Positions 10,301-18,617 of a DNA stretch of 64,000 nt are shown piece by piece; positions within the stretch are counted from its first letter, which is position 1; every line of letters begins with the position of its first letter. The position numbers and the translations under genes were made by a program. Below the pieces are notes generated by a model, which worked only from the letters and a program-made list of their open reading frames with translations, was not told the origin of the DNA and made no database searches. Source of the DNA: Macrostomum lignano (lineage: Eukaryota); NCBI GenBank assembly GCA_002269645.1, contig NIVC01001860.1, forward strand, positions 1 through 64,000. Reading direction: 5' to 3'.

Positions 10301-10790
10301 TTTAACATCGGAGGTAATCCCGAAGCTTAGAGAGGAAAAAATACTTGACACATCCAACTATTCTCGAGACCATCCGCATTTCTCTGAAGAGTTAAAAGGA
10401 AAGCTGGGCTGCGTTAAAGATGAATCTGCTGGTGGAATTTACCAGGAGTGGATTCTTTTGCGTCCAAAACTTTATTCGTTTCTCCCTGCCGAGAATTCGA
10501 GTGCAAAGATCAAGAAAACTGCCAAAGGCGTGAAGCAGTCAGTAGTAAGACAGCAAATTTCGCATGCGAACTATGTCGACGCGTTCGAGTCCAAGCAAGA
10601 GCAGATGGTTGCCATGACAGCGATTGTTTCCAAGAAACACGAAATCTTCACGTCGGTCATGGAGAAAAGAAGCCTATCGGTGTGGGAGGATAAGCGAGTG
10701 TGGCTTAGCAGTAATCGAAGCCTGCCCTACGGACACTATGCGCTGACGCCCGCATCCCACGATCAGCTGAAGCGCATCCGACTGGTCTAG
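7332..10790 (+). CDS. polB: Protein-primed family B DNA polymerase (pPolB); reading frame open from 7128
   Basis: Exo motifs FHNLGGYD, FIDSL, KGIFPYDY, YLEMDV. Pol motifs GIRGG, DMNNLYG, KLKNNSLFGK, GGDTDS, RPKLY, AKGV. Endonuclease VII/HNH-like DHDHLNGQYKGAACQECNL. Confidence 0.97.
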   Translation: MVRIRDGEMLAEEDRWISCKMQALDLGGEAGRLNNWLIEQEQELERICSMINTNGSGWTIKQINFLDINLARYNPIRFRQGRAVRFNLPASLKNKKAVINPPSTGKDCFLYACLAALHSADPKVQKSPNRISSYDEWLRELDFAEISMPVSVADIDRVESNNPGICISAFSWQQGSVTLLRRRKHESDDRRHLMLLLVKDSYGSEHWCAITNFDRLMNSRNGPAMRKWCTKCLTSFYSNERLQEHRNECSITAENPVKETLPVPGQNEIKFRNCQNTVSPPFVAYADLEAILRANTDPANLISKHEPCAAAFLAVPREGMTGPPLRPEGDMYKVFCNADPDECILGFLKSLESLAQDIFHWNQKHSHQPADRSSATVMDDFNSAEVCHYCKKNFKSSTDKHFDHDHLNGQYKGAACQECNLRAQLRRRFLPLVFHNLGGYDLHLLLSTALGSMKNWKLSVVPQSSERYLSLRAEFPVASYVKNGKVVPIMFTIQFIDSLCFLKGSLSNLFANLPEAECKLTMQMLESRPHLSRELLRKKGIFPYDYLTGFEILEQSVLPPKDAFFNRLSDRGISDDDYNRARAAWAAFQCKSLKDYMLAYLEMDVRQLADIFETFRQASLKEDGLDPVHYFTTPGLSYDSALKSTGVVLEQLTDADMYHLFEKGIRGGMSFINVHCVKGNNPSLPGYDDQQESVSLMPIDMNNLYGFALSLPLPCREFRWVPEQEIQFWDSNRFLSLNPEAEIAYLVQLDLEYPAEIHDSTQELPFAPEKSKPQPDQFSPYMAELWKEIAEQRTGNAEAKFQATEKLLLTCTDKDSYVVHSTVLRFYLQHGMRIKCVKKMISFKQENIFAPYIASNNEKRALATSEFAKDFYKLKNNSLFGKTMENVRKRCDVRICTNQTQAETCASRPNCAAFSIINESLSIFQLKKDKVTLDKAIFVGQAVLDLSKMAMYSLLYDRLRPLFCHSDGSRDMMLCGGDTDSFFLAFKNHDLTSEVIPKLREEKILDTSNYSRDHPHFSEELKGKLGCVKDESAGGIYQEWILLRPKLYSFLPAENSSAKIKKTAKGVKQSVVRQQISHANYVDAFESKQEQMVAMTAIVSKKHEIFTSVMEKRSLSVWEDKRVWLSSNRSLPYGHYALTPASHDQLKRIRLV

Positions 10791-11372
10791 TGCGGGTGTT
10801 TAACAGACTGTTTAGTACTTTTTCTTGCTTTTAGAGTTGTTTAAATTGCCAAATTCTGTTTTAAATGTAGTGACTTGCATGTAGTAACTTTTACAAATTT
10901 GTATGCTTGGCTAATTGCGCTAGATTTAGCTGTCAATTTGTTTTTGCGGCGTGAAATATTGATATCAATTTAAGTTTTACTTTTTATAAAGCTGTGTGGC
11001 AAGTGCGCTCATACAATATTAATTCATTTTTGTTTGCTTTGTGTACTACTTGTTTAAAATGTGTTTTTGGTTTTTATCTGACACAAATTGTTCCTGTAAA
11101 TTCAATCAGCGTTTTAATCATATTTTCTCTATCACTTTTCTATTTCTCTTCTCTCGGTGCACATCGTTTGTTATAACGATGGTAGTATTGTTTACTTTCG
11201 GATTTGATATGCGTTTTGCGATACTTTTGGTGATGGGCTAAATACGTTTTTGAAGTGTTCCATAGCTGTCTGCCTGGGAAAATGAATGTAAAGAATACCA
11301 AGTTTATCCTTTTATTCACTTTTCACTAATCATTGAAATATTTGCGGCAAATTGCTTGACTTGACTTTATTT

Positions 11373-11945
11373 TTATTCAATGGAAAGAACTACATTGAGT
11401 AGACGCATGCTATCGGTATGCAACTGATTCAAGGACCGAGCTCCACTGAGAACAAAAGAGCCGCTGTGAAAAAGCAGACATTTACAAAAGTTTAAATTGA
11501 AAATTAAAGCAGAAAAGGATTCTGGTTCATATTCGGCGTTTGGGATAATTGATTTTAACATTAATAAGGAAAGTGCGGAATGAACTGGGAGCTGTCCATG
11601 AGCAGTAATAGTTTTAATTCGAACACAAATTGTTTGATGAGGCAGCAGTTGAGCCGGCACTCTCCGATGCAGCATAGCCACGAAGCGACGGGCAGCCCTT
11701 TTGGCGTCTGCGTGGGTCTTGGCACCGCAGATGCTCAGTTGCCCAGTAGGGTAGAGTAGGAGAGTCACTCTGGGAATCCGCATCCGCTTGATGAGCACCC
11801 GGGGCCAGACGGGCCGGTAGATCACATGAGCCATGCTGAGAGCCAGTTCCCGTAGAGGCAGCTGAGCGCCCCTGCCACCATCCAGTCTCAGATCTACTCC
11901 GCCAACCAGATTGGTCACTCTTAGGGCTGTAGCTGGTGGGCTCAT
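11373..11945 (-). CDS. TBP: TATA-binding protein (TBP)-like protein, about 190 aa from ATG 11945
   Basis: Two TBP core repeats recognised by eye: TNLVGGVDL...LLLYPTGQLSICGAK...AARRF and AEYEPESFSALIF...CLLFHSGSFVLSGAR. Human TBP has QNIVSTVNL, ALIFSSGKMVCTGAK, AARKY, YEPELFPGLIY and LLIFVSGKVVLTGAK. Confidence 0.88.
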   Translation of the reverse strand: MSPPATALRVTNLVGGVDLRLDGGRGAQLPLRELALSMAHVIYRPVWPRVLIKRMRIPRVTLLLYPTGQLSICGAKTHADAKRAARRFVAMLHRRVPAQLLPHQTICVRIKTITAHGQLPVHSALSLLMLKSIIPNAEYEPESFSALIFNLNFCKCLLFHSGSFVLSGARSLNQLHTDSMRLLNVVLSIE

Positions 11946-12465
11946 TTCGATCGTCAACTTCTTCACCAAATCTGCTTCTGCCAACTTTACTGCTCGTGTG
12001 CCACGGACACTGCTCGCTTCTTAAGTTGATGCAGAACTTTGGCTTAAGCCAACTGTAGTGCAGCAACGAATTTCTCACTGCACAGCCAGTATCTGAATCT
12101 TCAGTCGAGGGTGCTCCCAAATCTTCTAGGTTATAAACCTGTCTTCCAAGCAGCTCAGTCAGAAAAATCGACTTCCTTTCCCCATTTGACCAGATCGGAC
12201 CACTGGCAATGCTCAGAATGTCTTCCGCCAGTTCCATGTACGGACGGGTTCCATCATTCCACTTAAACTGGTGCAGACTCTTAGATAGCTGTCTGTAGTA
12301 AACTCGCATGTCAGGTGAGACTCTCTCCCATGGATACGGAGGTGCGTACACATGGTGAGCAATGTGGTAGCTCCCCGCTCTGATTTGAACAACTGCCAAC
12401 TCCTTCACAACAAATTTTTTGCTTGTGCTGTTGCACGGGAATCCTTGGAAGTCAATGTAGTTCAT
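11614..12465 (-). CDS. DEDD/DnaQ-like exonuclease-family Polinton protein; its C-terminal extension overlaps the TBP-like gene
   Basis: N-terminal YIDFQGF...FVVKELA, PPYPW, NLEDLG and CA..N pattern resembles small Polinton DEDD-fold proteins. Confidence 0.65.
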   Translation of the reverse strand: MNYIDFQGFPCNSTSKKFVVKELAVVQIRAGSYHIAHHVYAPPYPWERVSPDMRVYYRQLSKSLHQFKWNDGTRPYMELAEDILSIASGPIWSNGERKSIFLTELLGRQVYNLEDLGAPSTEDSDTGCAVRNSLLHYSWLKPKFCINLRSEQCPWHTSSKVGRSRFGEEVDDRNEPTSYSPKSDQSGWRSRSETGWWQGRSAASTGTGSQHGSCDLPARLAPGAHQADADSQSDSPTLPYWATEHLRCQDPRRRQKGCPSLRGYAASESAGSTAASSNNLCSN

Positions 12466-12506
12466 GATGCAGCTTTCCTTCGAAAATTTCGGAGTCAGTC
12501 CACCTT

Positions 12507-12514
12507 CTTATATA
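12507..12514 (-). promoter_or_regulatory. TATA box (TATATAAG, minus strand) upstream of the exonuclease/TBP-like unit
   Basis: cttatata on the plus strand, 42 nt before ATG 12465, inside a 100-nt intergenic gap. Confidence 0.55.
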
Positions 12515-12565
12515 CTTTTCTGGCAGGCAATTTCAGCCAGGCTGTGTTGCTCCCGTACCCCTTGA

Positions 12566-13186
12566 CTAGACTCTCCTGTTCTTTCTCCAGTTCACCCCTC
12601 TGCTGGTTGCCATTTTCTTCTTAACTGATTTACCAACAGCGGAAAGCGGAACATTAAGCTTTTTCTGCTGCAGAAAATCGATGAACTCGTTCCACCCAAC
12701 TGGTTCACGCTCACATGGCGAATCCCTCACTGTGTGCTGAATCAAGTCCAGTATGTTTGAGGAAGGGATTGACGTGCCTGCGATTTCCACCTCCCCGTTT
12801 TCACAAACTCGAATCAGCTCTGGATTGGTGGACAGGATCGTCCACAGACTGCGAGCCCTGGTTTTGAATTTCTGTGGCACCGACTTGCTGATCTTCTCTT
12901 CCCAGGTGCTTATCTGGGGTGTCTCTGTTTTCATCAACTTGGCTTCAGTATTGCGTGCTCCTTCTTTTCCAGCGTGCTTGCGCTTGGCCAGCAAACTTTG
13001 CATTGCACTTTGGTACATGGCGGTTTTCACATCTTCTGGACAATCCTCGGCATACAAGATGTCATCGCATTTCTTCTGAGCCTGCTTCAAGTCAGCTTCA
13101 GTGGTAGTCTCATTTGGCTTCAAATTCTGCATCAACATCTCATACTCTGCTTTAGGAATCAGAACCATTTCTGAAAATTTGTTCAT
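12566..13186 (-). CDS. Conserved-type Polinton hypothetical protein (206 aa)
   Basis: MVLIP start and GEV.I.G..I..SNI.DL...P.GW..F pattern resemble uncharacterised Polinton/adintovirus proteins. It sits in the late gene cluster. Confidence 0.7.
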   Translation of the reverse strand: MNKFSEMVLIPKAEYEMLMQNLKPNETTTEADLKQAQKKCDDILYAEDCPEDVKTAMYQSAMQSLLAKRKHAGKEGARNTEAKLMKTETPQISTWEEKISKSVPQKFKTRARSLWTILSTNPELIRVCENGEVEIAGTSIPSSNILDLIQHTVRDSPCEREPVGWNEFIDFLQQKKLNVPLSAVGKSVKKKMATSRGVNWRKNRRV

Positions 13187-13490
13187 TTTGCTTCTTCTTC
13201 TTTACCAGCTTAAGCAGAATCGGGAGTATTTTGATGAAGCCAGCCTTCAACAAGTCTGTCTTTCTTCTTTTGTGAGTAATTTTTCGAATTATCTCTTTTG
13301 ACTTTGCAAGAACAGCTTTTTCATCGAGCGAAAACGATAGATTGTTTTGTAAGAGATTATGGCAGGCCTCGACAAGAAAATAACGCACTTCTTTTGGACA
13401 ATTTTTTATCAACAGCCGCTTGAAGCGCACGGTATATTTAGGTGACGCAAGAACCGCAAAAAGACTTGCATATGAATCAAGCACTTCCAT
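13152..13490 (-). CDS. Small basic helical Polinton hypothetical protein (about 112 aa)
   Basis: ATG 13490. The L..L...RLLI...E...NLL.NN...IRKI pattern is typical of the small ORF that follows the ATPase in Polintons. Confidence 0.65.
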   Translation of the reverse strand: MEVLDSYASLFAVLASPKYTVRFKRLLIKNCPKEVRYFLVEACHNLLQNNLSFSLDEKAVLAKSKEIIRKITHKRRKTDLLKAGFIKILPILLKLVKKKKQNEQIFRNGSDS

Positions 13491-13531
13491 TGCGATGAAA
13501 ACAATAGCTGATAAAAACAAGCTTCACTTTC

Positions 13532-14211
13532 TTAAGCAAATACAAGATGGGGTCGCTGGTTGGGCAGAATTCTGGCCCGCACTCGCAGCTCATCGGGAGT
13601 TGATGGGTGAAAGTCTAGGAACAGGTAGGCTCCCCTGCCCTGCGCGGTCACGTGCTTGAACACTGACAGCAGAAAGCCGGGCTTCTCTGTAAAGCACTGC
13701 CTGCCCAGTGCTGCAATCTGCAGCTGGTCTCGGGGTTTTTCAAGATAGCTAAGTACATTACATTCAAGCTCATTGTTCGCGACTCTTTTCCCTTGAAAAA
13801 TATATTCTGAGTCAGCATCACCAAAAAGCACGGCAAGTGATGTGCGATTCCTGTGAAAAAATTTCGCATTGAAGCAGAGTTTGAAGTTTCCTCTATTAAG
13901 TCATCGAAAACAACCAGGTCATTGGGCCTAAGTGCTGCCTCGATGTTGGTGGGAAATCCCTGGCGCAGCTGCACACCTAGGCTGTTCAGTTCTGCATGGC
14001 CTGCCTGTGAGATCCCATAGTACCACAGAACTCTGCCAGGCTTCACATCAAACATGACGTCTCTGTACTGGATCAGGTGTTCGACAAAGGTTGTTTTTCC
14101 TGCATTGGTGGGCCCGCAGACAATCATGCAGCTTCCCTGCCTGAGGCGGATATCGTAGCAAACTTGCTTTTCTCCCATGTTTAATGCATAAATATTAGAA
14201 ATCACGGACAT
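13532..14211 (-). CDS. FtsK/A32-like DNA packaging ATPase, split by a 1-nt frameshift at about 13732-13740
   Basis: Walker A GPTNAGKT, Walker B VVFDD, LTQNIF and LAILKNP in one frame. RDQLQIAALGRQ...YLFLDFHPSTPDELRVR continues in the adjacent frame. Confidence 0.9.
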
Positions 14212-14714
14212 CTTTTTCTTAAGTTGGCTTCAAACCTCTGTAAGATTCTATCATTCAAATGATTTTTCTCATTAGCATGCAAATGCTTCAAAATCCCCTC
14301 AAATGACCGATTGAACAGAAACTTTTGATAAGCAAAATAGATGCAAAACATTCCGCATTTATTAGAGTTAGCACATTGAACTCTGTTTATATTGCTTCGG
14401 AGCCAAAAGCCAGTTGTTTTAATCTCTCGAAACAAATTATAAACCAAAGATAAAATTTCAGGTTCCCAGCCGAGGGAGTTGAACAACTCAATGCGATTTC
14501 CTTGCCCAACATAGCACACCACCCAGTGACCAAATGAGCCATTGTGCTGAAGTAGGACAAAAACAAACTTGTTTTCAAAGGAAATTGATGATCTAAATTT
14601 TCTTTTTACATTCAAGGGCAGAGAATTTTTATAGCGCAAATGTAAAGTAACTATGAGAAATTTTTGGTAAGGCAAAAATTTTCTGGCGAGATTAAGTAGT
14701 TGAATTGCATCCAT
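14202..14714 (-). CDS. Adenain-like cysteine maturation protease
   Basis: GHW (His), FNSLG (acid position is Asn), VQ...CG (oxyanion Gln and catalytic Cys). Confidence 0.85.
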   Translation of the reverse strand: MDAIQLLNLARKFLPYQKFLIVTLHLRYKNSLPLNVKRKFRSSISFENKFVFVLLQHNGSFGHWVVCYVGQGNRIELFNSLGWEPEILSLVYNLFREIKTTGFWLRSNINRVQCANSNKCGMFCIYFAYQKFLFNRSFEGILKHLHANEKNHLNDRILQRFEANLRKRCP

Positions 14715-14719
14715 GTCAA

Positions 14720-16003
14720 TTAAGAGGAATAGTCCAGCAAAAGCTCTCGGTGCTTGGTGACCTCAATCAGCGAGTCATACAGGCACATAGCAATCAGGGA
14801 CACCGCTTCATTCAGAGCCTGTTGGAAGCGAATCTCCAGCCGCAGGTTGCCCTCCTTCTGTCCGTACCACAGAGCCGCTCCCTCGGGTGTGAGATCGAAT
14901 GCAAACACCGTGGTGTTGTTGGAGAAGAGCTGGTAGGGGATCCACGGGACCGAGTTTGTGTGGCTTGCAGATTGACAGCTTTTCAGGTAGTGCAAGTATT
15001 CTCTTACGAAGGAATTGTTTTCAGGTGTGAAGGCGCCGTGGCACACGGTTTCCCCACCTTTCTTTAGAGCCAATCGGCTAAGGTTGAAGCTCTGGAACTG
15101 TAACGGGCTCGCGTGATGATGACCGTTGAATGCTCGGTGGCTCACGAAGGCCAGCATGATGAACTTCGGCAATTTTCCATGAGTGAATCCTTCAATGTTT
15201 TTTGACTGAATACCCTGGGGTAGGATGAAGTTCTGCATTTCAGTTCGCTCGATGGGATACAGTGCATTTTGGTTTGTCAGCCCCTGCTCATGGGCCAGGC
15301 TGATGTGGGGCATCACTTTGACTCGGCGAAGATGCAGAATGCTGTGAGAGATTTCCATTCGGTATGCCGCGTTGTTTGCATTCGGGGTTCTGATGGCAAA
15401 GGCCCCATCGCTGGGGACCAGTTTGATGTGCAGGTGCAGATTGCTTAGCAGAAACACTGGGCACTGGAAAACATCGCTGAAGAGCGGCCCCGCATACTCC
15501 ATCCATTGGGATTCCCTGTGGCTCTCCGTGTGCTCTTCAGCTGCCGAGTTCGGCTCCAGGAAGCCAGCAGGGTAAAGTTTTAGTTGCTGGGCATCGGATG
15601 AGCTCATTAGTGCTTTGAAGTACGCATGGTAGGGATAGAGCTGGTCTCCACCAGACACCACTCGCTGGTTAATGCTCACAATTACATCTGAGAAGGCTGT
15701 AGACAGAACAAAATTTTCTGGGTGCACGTCACTGTCTCTGCGCTCGGTGATGATGCCATCTCCATCTCGAACATCCTCCCTCAGCAAACCCCCATCCAGT
15801 CTCACAAGGCGGCAGCGAATATAAAGAAAAGAATTAAGCAGATCTGTATATTCATCGGCAGATTGGTGGCAGTCAAATTCAATGGGAGAGTTTGCAACAA
15901 TGGAATTAACTGGGTGAATATCAACATAAGTAGCTTTTTCAATGCAGGTTTGTAGAACGGGCGTCTTAAATAAATCAAGTCTGGGATTGAATCCGTAAGC
16001 CAT
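14720..16003 (-). CDS. Major capsid protein (double jelly-roll, Polinton PY/hexon-like)
   Basis: 427 aa, beta-rich. LDLF..P..Q, SPIEF, FSDV.V.IN, YPYHAY, P.FIMLAFV, FAFDLTP and G.LRLEI.F patterns. Located next to the protease. Confidence 0.88.
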   Translation of the reverse strand: MAYGFNPRLDLFKTPVLQTCIEKATYVDIHPVNSIVANSPIEFDCHQSADEYTDLLNSFLYIRCRLVRLDGGLLREDVRDGDGIITERRDSDVHPENFVLSTAFSDVIVSINQRVVSGGDQLYPYHAYFKALMSSSDAQQLKLYPAGFLEPNSAAEEHTESHRESQWMEYAGPLFSDVFQCPVFLLSNLHLHIKLVPSDGAFAIRTPNANNAAYRMEISHSILHLRRVKVMPHISLAHEQGLTNQNALYPIERTEMQNFILPQGIQSKNIEGFTHGKLPKFIMLAFVSHRAFNGHHHASPLQFQSFNLSRLALKKGGETVCHGAFTPENNSFVREYLHYLKSCQSASHTNSVPWIPYQLFSNNTTVFAFDLTPEGAALWYGQKEGNLRLEIRFQQALNEAVSLIAMCLYDSLIEVTKHRELLLDYSS

Positions 16004-16005
16004 GT

Positions 16006-16383
16006 CTATGACAGAGAGTCGAGCACGCGTTTCACAGTTTTCTTGCTGACTTTTTGCTTTCGCTTTCCTCCGCCTGCTCTATTCTTCTTTGCTTTCGTCT
16101 TCCTATTCTTAAGCTTTTTCCCACTAGCCTTGCTCGACCTCTTACTGCGATTTCCACCAGTTGCCTTTCGGGTGCCCTTCTTTTTCTTCAATCGTTTCGG
16201 ACTTGCTTCAGTATTTCTTTTGCGCCTGACGTTGCTAAGCGTCGAGGCTGATGATGATGATATAGCCGCTGGCGGAGGCTGGTATGTCATGATCCCTGGG
16301 AAGCTCCCACAGCCATAGAGTGCAGGCTTTTCGTGTCCTGTCCTCACCCCCGAATATTGCTGGATTAGCTGCTGGTAGTTCAT
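16006..16383 (-). CDS. Lys/Arg-rich putative genome-condensing core protein (125 aa)
   Basis: ATG 16383 overlaps the minor capsid stop (ATGA). The C-terminal half is very basic. Contains LYGCG. Confidence 0.7.
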   Translation of the reverse strand: MNYQQLIQQYSGVRTGHEKPALYGCGSFPGIMTYQPPPAAISSSSASTLSNVRRKRNTEASPKRLKKKKGTRKATGGNRSKRSSKASGKKLKNRKTKAKKNRAGGGKRKQKVSKKTVKRVLDSLS

Positions 16384-17198
16384 TGAATGCGTTTCTCCTG
16401 AATTTGAACTGTAAGCAGAACAGGGCTGTGAGTCTGTGCAATCAGTGGGCAACCATAGATGTCCCGCAGCTGAACTCGAATGCTGTGAAGAAGACTGATT
16501 CGTTGAATCGGGAAGAATATTGTTTTCTTAAATATTTTTGTTTGATAGTTGCCCCATTCAATGCCAGCTTTCATTCCAACTGTTCTCAACAAGGAGCTCC
16601 AGTTGCAATTAGTTGACTCAACGATACTGCAGTGCACATTGATTAAGCTGGTGCGCGGGCAGCCAATGCAATGCTCGGATACGCGGCTCCCTGGCTGGAT
16701 TTTCACAGCCTGGTTTCCAAATCCCAGCCAATGCAGAATTTTACTAGATGGAAGAAACAGCTCTGCTCTCGCAGTGTTGTTGTGCACCACAGTTCGTGAG
16801 TTGCGGATTTCGAACTTCATACCAAATTCCCTGTTGCCACTACGCCCCATCAGGCCGGACTCATCAGCCTCCATCTCAGACTCCCTGTCACTCATTGCAT
16901 CAAAGAACAGCGAATCAGAGTTGGCCAGCAGCTCATTCAGGCGCTCCACCAGCTCCTCCACTCTAGCAAAGCGTCCGGGTTGAAGAACCAGGGCCTCATG
17001 CTCTCTTCCATCTGAGACAGTGAAGCAGTAAGGCTCGTCAACATTGAACCATGCAGCAGGCAGATGGATTTCAGCCAGACCTGCCTCATAGTCCACATTT
17101 CGATCCAAGTAAATAGGTGAAGGCAGGTAAAAATTAAAGTCACTAGGAGTACCTTCAGCATGCTCACTGTTAATCAAAATAGTTCGCATTATAATCAT
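16380..17198 (-). CDS. Minor capsid protein (penton, single jelly-roll)
   Basis: N-terminal PSDFNFYLPSPIYL...YEAGLAEIHLP..WFNV pattern is typical of Polinton pentons. Confidence 0.8.
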   Translation of the reverse strand: MIIMRTILINSEHAEGTPSDFNFYLPSPIYLDRNVDYEAGLAEIHLPAAWFNVDEPYCFTVSDGREHEALVLQPGRFARVEELVERLNELLANSDSLFFDAMSDRESEMEADESGLMGRSGNREFGMKFEIRNSRTVVHNNTARAELFLPSSKILHWLGFGNQAVKIQPGSRVSEHCIGCPRTSLINVHCSIVESTNCNWSSLLRTVGMKAGIEWGNYQTKIFKKTIFFPIQRISLLHSIRVQLRDIYGCPLIAQTHSPVLLTVQIQEKRIQ

Positions 17199-17226
17199 AA
17201 ACTACATGATGAGGGCTGTGCCAAAG

Positions 17227-18297
17227 CTAAACCTTTCTTAAGTCTTTTTCATCCACCCAGCCAGTCGAGTCGTAGCCCGCCCATTTCACCAGATAGCGAA
17301 TTTTTCCCTTCCGCTTCTCCGTTTTCAGGATCTTCTCAATCACATACAGCCGCTGTGAGTCCGGGACAGCCTGCAGCTCGTGCTCATGGAAGAGTCCTCG
17401 AATCTCTTGCCCCCGCATGTCTTTAATCTTGTACATGTAGGGATAATGTTTTGGGGCTCTGCTCACCACGGTGTACACTTCCTCACTCCAGCTCGCTTTG
17501 TATCCCTTTTTGAATATCCGTGGAGCATTGGAAATTCTCACTGACTGGTTTTCAGCGAACTTAGGCTTCTTTAATTTTTCTAGAGTCTCGACTGCTTTTC
17601 CATCGTACAGGTTCATCCACACTTCAGATTCATTCTCTTTGCAGACACTAGTGGGTGCCATTTTGATGCTTCTGTGGTAGGTATTGTTGTAGGATTTTAC
17701 CAGCTTAGGCAGCACATCAAGCCAGTGCAGTGTGCTCTTGTAGGTGAAGTAGCGCCACATTCTACTTTTCAGAGTTCGATTCCATCGCTCAATGACAGCT
17801 GCCTTCTGCTCGCTGTTAGTTGGGAAAGCCAGAATCCCTCTGTCAATGCAGTATTGACGGAAAGTGGAGTTGATAAATTCCTTCCCCTGATCTGTGCGAA
17901 CTGTGCGTGGCTGGCGCTTTGAACTTCTCAGTATGCTCTCGAATGCTGACTTCACTTCTGCAGCAGATTTATTTTTCAGTGCCTTGGCCCAAGCACATTT
18001 TGAGAGCACGTCAATGCATGTGAGAATATATTTGTAGCCTTTATTATGCTTTGCGAATGGAATCATTTCCACTAAGTCAAGTTCCCACTGATCATCGATT
18101 GCGCGCACTATGATTGGGGCCCTTGGATATCGCCTCCTAGCTGGCTTGTGCAGAGTGTGCACTGGCTGCTCGCTGAGCCACTGCTCAATGCTCTTTGCAG
18201 ATATTCGATCACCTCTTTGCCTCACTTCATGCAGCAACTTTGAGGCACAAGAAAAACTAGCCGGTTGCTCAGGTTTCAAATAAATTTTCTCCATCAT
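17227..18297 (-). CDS. Retroviral-like DDE integrase with C-terminal chromodomain
   Basis: WELDLVEM (D), RTDQGKEF (D), VIERWNRTLK (E). C-terminal IEKIL...YLVKWAGY...WV chromodomain. Confidence 0.95.
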   Translation of the reverse strand: MMEKIYLKPEQPASFSCASKLLHEVRQRGDRISAKSIEQWLSEQPVHTLHKPARRRYPRAPIIVRAIDDQWELDLVEMIPFAKHNKGYKYILTCIDVLSKCAWAKALKNKSAAEVKSAFESILRSSKRQPRTVRTDQGKEFINSTFRQYCIDRGILAFPTNSEQKAAVIERWNRTLKSRMWRYFTYKSTLHWLDVLPKLVKSYNNTYHRSIKMAPTSVCKENESEVWMNLYDGKAVETLEKLKKPKFAENQSVRISNAPRIFKKGYKASWSEEVYTVVSRAPKHYPYMYKIKDMRGQEIRGLFHEHELQAVPDSQRLYVIEKILKTEKRKGKIRYLVKWAGYDSTGWVDEKDLRKV

Positions 18298-18617
18298 GGG
18301 TTTATCAAGATACGTGCCTATCCACCTGCTCTAGCTGTACAGTATTTTTTCTTAAGTAGAAATTTATATTCCAATTAAATGATAGAGAAACGAGTGGCAA
18401 ATTAATTTATTACTGTCAGATTGAAACCTCTAACATCGTAACAGTCGGTGTATTTTCCGAAAGCAAACAATCCATAAAAACGAACACTAAAACACTCGCA
18501 CACCAGCATTTCAGAAATAGCAGAGATAAAAAACAGCATAGTGCCGTCAGGCTGGATAATCATGTGCAAGCTAAAAGTAATTTAGTTAGTCCAATGCATT
18601 CAAAGCATTCTAGCTGT

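Noticed and set aside
13730-13745. Programmed -1 ribosomal frameshift in the ATPase
   Set aside because: G-AAA-AAC is not a canonical X-XXY-YYZ heptamer, and the break lies in a conserved core motif, so an indel is simpler.
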